The notes below the pieces were generated by a model that worked only from the letters and a program-made list of their open reading frames with translations, had not been told where the DNA came from and did no database searches. The translations under genes and the position numbers were made by a program. From Chiloscyllium plagiosum (taxonomy: Eukaryota), in contig NC_057719.1 in the NCBI RefSeq assembly GCF_004010195.1, positions 92,246,814 to 92,291,193 of the forward strand: DNA of 44,380 nt, written 5' to 3'. Shown piece after piece: positions 34,803-44,380 of this stretch (positions within the stretch are counted from its first letter, which is position 1; every line of letters starts with the position of its first letter).

Positions 34803-35028
34803 GTTAGATTCGATTCCCTACAGTGTGGAAACAGGCCTTTCGGCCCAACACTGACCCTCCAAAGAGTAACCCACCCAGGCCCATTTCCCTCTGACTGACA
34901 CACCTAACACTACAGGCAATTTTAGCATGGTCAGTTCACCAGACCTGCACATCTTTGGACCGGAGCACTCGGAGGAAACCCACGCAGAGAATGTGCAAAC
35001 TCCACACAGTCGCCTGAGGCTGGAATCG
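34803..35028 (-). mobile_element. HE1-type SINE, truncated, in L1 copy 2 3' UTR
   Basis: Homologous to 4113-4428 with deletions. Confidence 0.85.
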
Positions 35029-35181
35029 ATGGATATCATACATTACTAACAATAAACAAGAAGGTAAATAAATAACTAGATACAGCTCAAAATAGATTTA
35101 TATCAAGTGATAACAAAACCCGTATTTATACGAGCTTCCTCCTCTCAGGGGCCCCCGAACCAGCCGGAACCATTACCACGG

Positions 35182-38100
35182 CTAAGCAAAAACCCTGGAC
35201 AATATGGCCGAAATATCTGTGTCGGTGTAGTTCAAAAAGGGCTGCCATGTTCTATAAAATAATACTGTTTTTTGGTGCACCATATTCATGAGGAAGTCAA
35301 GGGGGATATATTCCATGACTATCCTGTGCCAGTTTGAAAGTCCCGGGGGACCTTCGAATACCCAGTTCACTAAAGTATTTTTCCTCGCACAAAAGGAAAG
35401 GATAGTAAATAATTTCTTCCCGTATACGTCCAGAGAGGGAAAATTTGGGGAGCCCAAAAGTAATCCAATCTCCGTACCTAAAATCTTTGCCAAGGCATTC
35501 GCTACTCTGTCCCAGTACCTGTGGATCTTGTGGCATGTCCGTAGACAATGCGTGAGAGTGCGAACTTCGATTTTACATTTAGGACACACTGGGGACTCTT
35601 CTGCCTTGAACTTTGCGAGTCGTTCTGGTGCCACGTGAGCCTTGTGAAGCATCTTCAATTGAGTAGCCTGAGTTCTGTTACAGATAGAGATCTTCCTGGC
35701 ATTTTCCCAGACGTTCTCCCTCATTTCTAAAGAGATTTCCAACTCTAATGCATGGTTCCAGGTTTTATATAACTGTTCCATGTCCTTCGATACCTTATTG
35801 CATTATAGGTGGTAGAGAGTACTGACTGGAGGGCGGACCCATCGGCCAAAGCACTCTCCTTTCCCTGTCTGGTTTATAAGGATTGACTATCAGTGTGGTC
35901 TTCTTCTGTATAAAGTCTCGCATTCGAAAATACCGAAAGAGGTCCTTGATGGGCAGTCCAAACCTCTGGCGCAGCTGCTGGAAGGACATCATGACCTCCC
36001 CATCAAACAGGTCTCCCAAACAGGAGATACCTCTGGACTCCCAAGTTTTGAAAGTAGCATCAGTCAGCCCTGGCTGGAATCCTGATGTTCCCACTGTAGG
36101 GGTATAAGGGGAGGTTTTTTTGCAGGTTACTCTCATCTTGTTGCATTATCCTCCAGGCTTTGATTGTATTTAATGCAATAGGGTTTTTAACAATAGTCCG
36201 TAGTAACCGTCATCTTGTCCATAAATAGTAGATTGATGAGGGGATATTTTGCTTGGGAAGTCTTAATATCTAACCAGATTGGGTCTCTTGTGACCCACAA
36301 TCAATCAGCTGCAAAAGATGATAGGGAGCTCAGTTGGTACCCCCTGAAATCCGGAAAGTCCAGTCCTCCCCTTGCTTGTGGGAGCTGCAACTTTTCTAAT
36401 TTAATAAGGGGCCGTCTAGGACTCCAAATAAAGGAGCCAAACCAACCGTAAAGCTAACACAACGTCTGCCTCGACAGCATCAGGGGGAGTATTCTCATAG
36501 GATATAAAAGACGAGGTAGGATAGTCATCTTAACTAAGGCCACTCTGCCTAGCCAGGATATTGGGGAGATCTTCCCAGCATTGAAGGACCAGCATTGAAG
36601 GTCACTTATAATAAGTGTGTATAATTGGTTTTATATAGCTGACCAAATGCCGGAGTAATGAAAATACCCAAGTACAGAAACCTACTAGTGACCACCGAAA
36701 GGGAAAACCAGATCCGTCCGGAAAATTGGATATACTGGCAAGGCCTTCCAATGGCATGGCCTCCGATTTCACACAACTGATTTTGTAACCTGAAAACATA
36801 CCACTTAAATTAAGCGGGACACTGATGTCAAAGGATCACTTAAGAAAAGGACATCATCTGCATAGAGAGTAAATTTGTGCTTGCCTGATCCAACCTCCGG
36901 AGCTGTTATTTTAGGGTCAGTTCATGTGACTTCTGCCAGTGGTTCAATCACTAGTGTAAATAATGTGAGAGAGGACATCCCTGGTGACAACCTCTGCCAA
37001 CGCAAAAGCTATCTGAACTTACACCATTGGTGATCACCGCTGCTTTGGGATCATTATATAATACTGAAACCCATTTAGTAATGACCTCTCCAACACCAAA
37101 CCGTTCCAGCGCATTGAAAAGATATGACCATTCTACCCGATCGAATGCCTACTAGGGAGACAACTAAACCCGGTATCGCTTCCTGCTGGCAGGCTTATAC
37201 CTTTTTTAAGACCTTTCTAATGTTATTAGTTGACCTGTGACCCTTTATAAACCCCGTCTGGTCCTCTTTTATCATGAATGGTAAAACCCTCTCCAATCTT
37301 AATGCTAACATTTTTGAGAGAATTTAAAATCCACATTTAATAAGGATTTGGGTCCATATGCAGAGCAGTCTTCTGGGGCCTTTCTCTTAAGAATGAGAGA
37401 AATATTTGCTTCTCTCAGCGAAGGTGGGAGGCAGCCCTGACTATATGAACAGTTTTATATATGTTTATGTGTGGCCCGGCCAGTACCCTTATAAATTTTT
37501 TATCGAACTCAGCCTGGAATCCATCTGGTTTGGGCGCTTTGCCACTCTGAAGCTGCCTCACCACCTCCTGTACTTCCTGGGTTGTCAGGGGGCATTCAAG
37601 ATCGACACCTGCCCTGAGGTTAGGCCCAGGAGGGCCAGATTTTTAAAGAAAGACTCCATCTTCCTAGTTCTATCCTCACAGTCCTGCAACTTACACAATT
37701 CAGAATACAACCCAGGTAAATAGTGCGGTGAAGAAGGCATATGGCGTACTGGCTTTTATTGGTAGAGGAATTGAGTTCCGGAGTACTGAGGTCATGTTGC
37801 AGTTGTATAAGACTCTGGTGCGGCCACATCTGGAGTATTGTGTGCAGTTTTAGTCGCCATACTATAGGAAGGATGTGAAGGCACTGGAACGGGTGCAGAG
37901 GAGGTTTACCAGGATGTTGCCTGATATGGATGGAATGCCCTGCCAGTAGCAGTGGTGGACTCTCCCTCTTTATGGGCATTTAAACGGGCATTGGATAGGC
38001 ATATGGAGGATAGTGGGCTAGTATAGGTTAGGTGGGCTTGGATCGGCGCAACATCGAGGGCGAAAGGGCCTGTACTGCGCTGCATTCTTCTATGTTCTAT

Positions 38101-39352
38101 GTTTCTATGTTCTAATAGAACTTTCTAAAGGTTGCATTGATCATTTTACGATCACAGGTCAGGGTACCAGCACACTCTCTAATAGACGTAACGGCTTGGG
38201 GAGCCTTTTTCTTTCTGGCAAGGTATGTTAGATACCTGCCAGGCTTGTCACCGTATTCAAATCATCTCTGCTTCGCAAATAATATCTCCCTCCTTGCTGT
38301 TTGGGTAAGTGCGATATTCACGGCTGCCCTAAGGGCTGTGATCCTCTGTAGCTTAGTAATGGAGGGCCTATCAAAATACACAGTTTCAGCTGCCTTCAGG
38401 CGAGCCTTGAGCAGACCCTGTTGCTCTCCCTTTTGTCTTTTCCGGGTCGCAGAATATGAGCTAACCAAGCCTCGCACGTATGTCTTCGCAGTCTCCCACA
38501 TCGTCGAAGGGTTACTGGCCATGCCTGAGTTGATATCCCAGAAGATTTTAAATTCCTGCGAGAAATATTTCATGAACTTGCTATCCTTCAGTAAGAAAGG
38601 GTCCATATGCCAATGTCGGGGACCTATCCCATCATCACTAGTATTAACTTCCAAGTATACTGCAGTGTGATCAGAAGTAGTTATATTACCTATTTTACAA
38701 GACAATATCGAGTTCAAAAGGGTCGAGGGGACAAAGAACATGTTGATTCTGGTATGGCACTTGTGTGGGTTAGAAGAGAAAGTAAAGTCTCTACCCTCAG
38801 GGTGGAGACACCTCCAAACATCTATCGGCCCCAGCTCCCTGTTCAGATCCGCCAGTTGCTTTGATCTCAGATATGCCCACAGAGCTGCTAGGTATCCTAC
38901 CCGTCTCTGGGTCAGTGGTACAATTAAAATCTTCCCCCATAATTGTGTGGCGGACCCTGAGAGCCATCAACTTAGAGAATGCTTCTGTTACAAATTTAAA
39001 AGGGTGTGCTGGGGGGTAATAAAGATTCAAAATCCTGTATTCCTCTCTATATATTAGGGCTTTAATCAATATATATCGTCCAGACTCATCTTTTATCTGG
39101 CTTAGCATTTGGAAGGGAAGATCCTTCTGAATAAGGATGGCTACTCCCCTACTTTGTGAGCTGAAAAGTGAAAAGAACACCTGGCCAAACCCACCCTGTC
39201 GCAGCTTCGAGCGCTCCTTATCAAGTAGATGTGTTCCTGTAAAAGGGCTGCATTAACCTTTTGTTAAGACTTGATAATATCTTTTTCCTTTTGATTGGCG
39301 AGTGGCTCCCTTTGACATTCCAGGTACACCACCAAAGCGAATGGCTAGCCAT
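35182..39352 (-). pseudogene. L1 ORF2 remnant (copy 2)
   Basis: TWNVKG, SRGVAILI, ILNLYYP, TSDHTAV, WETAKTYVRG and C-terminal CPKC...HC...C; multiple frameshifts. Confidence 0.9.
37710..38113 (+). mobile_element. CR1 3' fragment nested in L1 copy 2
   Basis: VKKAYGVLAFIGRG...LVRPHLEYCVQF homology and TTCTATG repeats at the tail. Confidence 0.88.
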
Positions 39353-39997
39353 GATCGTCCAGGCAGGCCCGAGACCCCTCAGGAGGAAGAACCCCAACCA
39401 AAAAACATTGAATAAAGACCAAAAACAATTCACATATTTAAAAAAAAACTCTTTAAAACAGTTAAATCAAAACTATTAACAACTACTCCTGAATAAAAAT
39501 AACAGAAAGCATATTTAAAAGGAGTCTTTCCCCCTTACTCACAGGGGGCACTACTACCTTCCAATAACCCCACCATAAACAGCTAGGCCTCGGCCCAGGC
39601 ATTACAAAATGGAGTAAATAAATTCCAGTATCTTATAAAACAGGAGTTAAAAGTGGCAGGAGTTAAAAGTGGGCGACCTCCCCCCCCCCCCCCCCCCCCC
39701 CCTCCCCCACACTATCACTTAGATACGCTTAACAAAACAACACAGGGTAGAAATATGTAAGATTACAAAATTACAATCCCAGCCAGTATTAGGCAACTAA
39801 ATAAGAAAAAAATCCCACTCTGAGACATCCCCCAATAATCAAATAAACCGCACAAGCTATAGATAGGAGACCAAAGAAAGAATAAGGAACAAGCCCCGTC
39901 CACCCCCAAAAGAAAGATGGAGAAAGGAAGATAGGTAGACAAGAGGGGTGGGGGGGTGCAAATAAAGTCATTATCCATACAGTTCAAGTCCCGCAGT

Positions 39998-40770
39998 CTA
40001 TTTGAGAGCCTCCAGGAATTCTTTTACTTTCTCCGGTGATCCAAAGTTATATAAAGATCCTCCATGACTGAGGCGCAGCGTTGCCGGATATTGCATGCAG
40101 TATTGAATATCTAAGTCTCTCAGACACTTCACGTCGTTGAATGCCCTCCTCTTGTGGACCATGACTGGAGAAAAGTCCTGAAACAACATTATCTTGGAGC
40201 CCTTGTACATCATGGTATGGGGACCCTTCCCCAAGACTCTGGAGGCCTCCAGCAGCATTTGTTTTTCCCTGTAACATTGAAGTCAAACTAGGACTGGGAG
40301 GGGGAGTTGGTCCGACCCGGGCCGGCGCACAGCAATCCAGTGAGTCCGCTCAGCCCGCACTCAGCCCGGCCCAGCTCCAACTCCAATTTCAGTCTTTGTG
40401 GGAGTCATTGCTCCAGGAAATCCACAAGCTGGCCTTACTCCTCTCGTTCGGGAAGGCCCAGCAACTGAATGTTTTTCCGGCGACCTCGATTTTCGTCGAT
40501 ATGCCCCTCTGGGGTCCGGACTCACCACTCCAGAGCCCTGACCTGACCCACGGATGACTCAGCAGCAGTCTTCGAGGCTGTGGCCTGTTGCTCCGCCCCT
40601 CCGACACGCTGCCTGAGTTTCTCGGTCATGCTGCAGAAGCGTGACTGAGATCGACCCCCACCTGGACCGAGTCTCCTCGATGGGCGCGTCGATCTTCTCT
40701 TGGAGTTTAACGAACTCCGAGATCAGGCTCTCCTCTGCAGGTCGGCCCCCGGAGGGGGTGGGTTAGTCAT
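39998..40770 (-). pseudogene. L1 ORF1 remnant (copy 2)
   Basis: KIMLFQDFSP...YPATLRLSHGG C-terminal ORF1 motifs, homologous to copy 1; frameshifted. Confidence 0.82.
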
Positions 40771-40946
40771 TTTAAAAAAAACACCAAACTGTTAAAGTTT
40801 GATGCACAATGGCTAAGAGTGCTGGGCCAAAAGCTATTTTAAGTCATTTAACAGGTGAGGTAGGGGTGGGCACCACACTTTGCCGGGGTCTTGGGCACAG
40901 CTCTGCAGACTCAGAGCTGCTGGGTTGCCGCCATTTTGATTCTCCA

Positions 40947-42030
40947 GCCATGATCATTTACAATATGTACTAATGACTTGGATGGGGAAAGTGAATGTAT
41001 ATAGCCGGGTTTGTGGATGACACAAAACTAGGTGGGAAGGCAAGTGGTGAGAATGACCTCGTCTACAGAGATGTATAAGCAAGTTGAGTAAGTGGGCAAA
41101 AAGCTGGAGTATAATATGGGAAAATGTGTATTTGTGCAATTTTGCAGGAAGGACAGAAGAACTGAGTATTATTTAAATGGAGAAAGAACCGCAGATAGCT
41201 ACAACTACAGAGTGGTTTTGGAGTCCCCGAGCATAAATCTTTAGCAAGCTAGCAAAAAAGGTTCCAGAAATCGAGAAGGTAAATTGAATGGAGTATATAA
41301 AGGTAGGAAAGTATTGGTAAAGCTATGTCATGAACTAGTCAGACCACAGCTGGAATACTGTCACTAGTTTTGGGCTCTCATCTAAAGGTACTGGCATTGA
41401 AGGTAGTTCGTAGAGAAGGTTTGTTGGGCTGGAATCTTTAGGAAGATGTGAAAGATTTCAGCAGTCTGAAGTGACTGCTGAGTAGGGTTGGGCCTCCACA
41501 CACTGGACTTCAGAGGAGTGAGCAGTGAAACATGCACAATTCTTGGACTTCGCTGGGTAGATGTAGAAAGGTTGAGTGTGTGGTGCTGGAAAAGCACCAT
41601 TCCTGATGAAGGGCTTATGCCCGAAACGTTGATTCTCCTGCTCCTTGGATGCTGCCTGACCTGCTGCGCTTTTCCAGCACCACACTCTTCGGCTCTGATC
41701 TCCAGCATCTGCAGTCCTCACTTTCGCCTAGATGTAGAAAAGTTGTTTCCCCTTGTTTAGGACCAGAGGCATAATCTCAAGAGTAAGAGTTGAGGAAGAA
41801 TTCCTTCAGAGGGCAGTGAACCTGTGGAATTCTTTAATGCAGAAGACTAGAAGCTGGGTGGTTAAGTGGATTCATGGCTGAGAAAGGCAGATTTTTAATC
41901 AGTAAGGGAATCGAGGATTCTAGGGAAAAGCAGGAAAGTGGAGTTATGGATTAGAAAATCAGGTGTGATTTTGTTGAATGACAGAGCAGACGTGATGAGC
42001 TGAATGCCCTGCCTCTCCCTTGTCTTGTGC
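40947..42030 (+). mobile_element. Old CR1 RT/3' fragment
   Basis: Degenerate FTI..NDLD, F(V)DDTKLGG, LVRPQLEYC motifs. Confidence 0.75.
41575..41728 (+). mobile_element. Penelope-like insert, family A, hammerhead motif 41603-41630
   Basis: TSD TAGATGTAGAAA(G/A)GTTG 41558-41574 / 41729-41745; CTGATGA-A-GGGC-TTAT-GCCC-GAAA-CGTT. Confidence 0.8.
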
Positions 42031-42344
42031 TGCTTTAACTTTGAAGCAATTTTCAAAAAGGCAAATTGAAGTTCTTCAGTAGGGAATCAGTTTCAGGCTG
42101 TGAATCGACTTTAACTTGGGCTAAAAGGAAAACTATTCTTCTATAATGTTAGCATTCCAGGTATGGTCAGTGTCTTGTTGGCCAGCGCGCGTTACTCTTA
42201 AACTGAATAGCTTTCTCTGCTATTTCAGGCAGCAGTGAATAGTCAATCACACTTGCATATTCGGGGTCACATGTAGGCCAGACTGGGTCCATTTGACAGA
42301 TTTCCTTCCCTAAAGCAAATCAGTGAAACAGATTCTATGTTGTA

Positions 42345-42512
42345 AACATAGAGCTGTACAGCATGGAAACAGATCTTTCGGTCCAACTTGTCTATGCCAA
42401 CCAGATATCCTAAATTAATCTAATCCCATTTGTCAGCACTTGGCCCATGTCCCTCTCAATGCCTTTTAAATGTTGCCTCCACCACTTCCTCAGGCAGCCC
42501 GTTCCGTACATA
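42345..42512 (-). mobile_element. CR1 (HER1-like) 3' tail fragment
   Basis: Homologous to 29335-29530. Confidence 0.8.
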
Positions 42513-43594
42513 TGTGAAACAATCTGATGGCTACGCAGAGTGGTCAGTAGATCGTCTTAGGTTTTCTTAAAAATTCAAAACCAATTTGAGCCCAAGTGCC
42601 CAGAACATTTTTCAGGGGCTTTGGATTGCTAAGCTCAGCGACATACCACTGTACTCCTTTACATCTTTACAATGAAGAGAGTGGGCCAGGGATAGTTTCC
42701 CTATCTGTCTGAAGTCTTCTCTCATTTTCCTTGAAAGCTACACCAGTAATGCATGTATTGTGCCAGTCCCTGCAAATCCCAATCTGTTCCAATTGTTCTT
42801 TTCCTGTTGTTTTAATCAAGCTGTTTGGATGTGTTATGACACACCTCCATGACTTCACATCCTGAGGTGGAATTTGAACTTCTGGCTCAGCAACAGGGAT
42901 GCTATCACTGTGCCCCAAGAGCCTTTGATACATAATTCTTTGGGTTAACTAAAGATGTCAGGTGCTTGCTACAACATTGATTCTTTCCGTCTGACCAACA
43001 GAATCTGTCTGTCAGGTATAATGTCTAACTCGTGGTATCTGGTAAAGTGCTTTCCATGCCGTGATATTGCCGTGCTCTTTGTGGTTTGTCTGCATCTGAA
43101 ATAAATGTTTAGTTGGCTTTAAGGTGTGTTCAGAGGACTGGTCACATCATTAGCATTGCTATGTTTTTGAAGCAAATAGAGGTTATTTTAGGCTGTGGAA
43201 AAATCTAACCAGTCCAAATGTTGAAATGTATTTCTCACTGCACAATCATTTCCACATCAAACACCAAAATAACACTATTTTAAATGACACCTTACTTACT
43301 CAGGATTGTGACTGACCTTTAACTAGTCTCTAAAATGGCCCTAGCAATCCGCTCAGTTCAAGAACAGTTAGAGAAGGACAACAAATGCTGACCTTGCCAG
43401 CGAGACCCATTTCCTGCAATGTTTTTTTAGAAATGGAATTTTGGAGAGGACAACTGGGAAGGTTAGGGATCCTGTTATTGTGCTGGTAAGGACGAGGGCT
43501 CAATTTATAATGCAGCATCCCACCAATGCTCAATGGGCTGAGTGGTTCAATGAACACTTGGACTCTGATCTTCAAGATCTAGTGAGGTTCACTA

Positions 43595-44060
43595 GGTTGC
43601 TTCCAGAGTTGAGGGGGTAGGCTTATGAGGAGAGACTGAGTAGATTGCGATTATATTCATTGGAATTCCGAAGATTGAGGGGGGAATCTTATAGAAACGT
43701 ATAAAATTATGAAGGGAATAGATAAGATAGAAATAGAGAGGATGCTGACATTGGTAGGTGAGACTAGGACATGAGGCTATAGCCTCTAGATTAGAGGCCA
43801 CAGATATAGGACTGAACGGAGAAGGAACTGCTTCACCCAGAGGGTTGTTAATTTATGGAATTCCTTGCTCAGGGAAGTTGTTGATGCTCCTTCAGTAAAT
43901 GTTTTTAAAGCTCAGTTTTGTTTTGAACAATGAAGGAATTAAGGGATAGGGTGAGAGGGCGGGTAAGTGGAGCTGAGTCCATGAAATGATCAGCCATGGT
44001 CTTATTGAATGGCGGAGCAGGCTCGAGGGGCCGGACGGCTTACTCCTGCTCCTCGTCCCT
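43595..44060 (+). mobile_element. CR1 3' end
   Basis: YEERLSRL.LYSLEFRRLRG.LIETYKI...FTQRVVNLWNSL plus 3' UTR. Confidence 0.85.
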
Positions 44061-44185
44061 GCTTTGATAGGATCTGAAGACTGAACCGTTGTTAGTTTAG
44101 TGTTTGGATCTTCATACCTGACCCAGCTTTCTCTTTAAAGGAGCAGTGATTTCTGCCAAACTCACTGCGTAGCAAAGTATCCCAT

Positions 44186-44380
44186 GGTAAAAACAATGAC
44201 TGCAGGTGCTGGAAACCAGATTCTGGATCAGTGGTGCTGGAAGAGCCCAGCAATTCAGGCAGCATCCGAAAAGCTTCGAAATCGACGTTTCGGGCAAAAG
44301 CCCTTCATCAGGAATAAAGGCAGAGAGCCTGAAGCGTGGAGAGATAAGCTAGAGGAGGGTGGGGGTGGGGAGAGAGTAGC
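44186..44380 (-). mobile_element. Penelope-like element terminus, family A variant, runs off window; intact hammerhead motif 44284-44311
   Basis: Minus strand CTGATGA-A-GGGC-TTTT-GCCC-GAAA-CGTC. Confidence 0.75.

Larger units (their letters stand above)
34635..40946 (-). mobile_element. Near full-length decayed L1-clade LINE (copy 2), antisense in SLC39A9 intron 1
   Basis: 5' GGAGAATCAAAATGGCGGC (YY1-like), ORF1/ORF2 remnants, AATAAA plus A tail at ~34635-34652; TSD GCCA(CA/TG)ATCATTT at 34622-34634 and 40947-40959. Confidence 0.92.

Noticed and set aside
33623..44380. SLC39A9 exon 2 (ERLKLVTVLGAGLLCGTAL...)
   Set aside because: Not seen in the non-repeat intronic stretches; presumably beyond the window.

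Overview
Eukaryotic, repeat-dense genomic DNA, inferred to be shark/elasmobranch from its HE1-type V-SINEs and HER1/CR1 LINEs. One host coding exon is clear: the first coding exon of the zinc transporter SLC39A9/ZIP9 (33527-33622, +), downstream of a CpG-island promoter (~32220-33000). Nearly everything else is nested mobile DNA: ~13 HE1-type SINEs, many CR1 fragments (one old, near-complete copy with ORF1 esterase), two near full-length decayed L1-clade LINEs with target-site duplications (TSDs) that bracket the promoter in inverted orientation, two TA-flanked MITE-like elements, and a decayed R2-type (restriction-like endonuclease) retrotransposon fragment outside rDNA. The most striking unannotated signal is a population of short, often fold-back, TSD-flanked Penelope-like inserts of three families carrying minimal hammerhead-ribozyme motifs; one insert has copied ~200 bp of neighbouring genomic DNA. 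Most ORF-track entries are spurious repeat translations. All calls are by eye; repeat boundaries are approximate (+/-10-30 bp) unless a TSD is given. Assembly gaps: 27520-27574, 31779-31786, 33057-33421.
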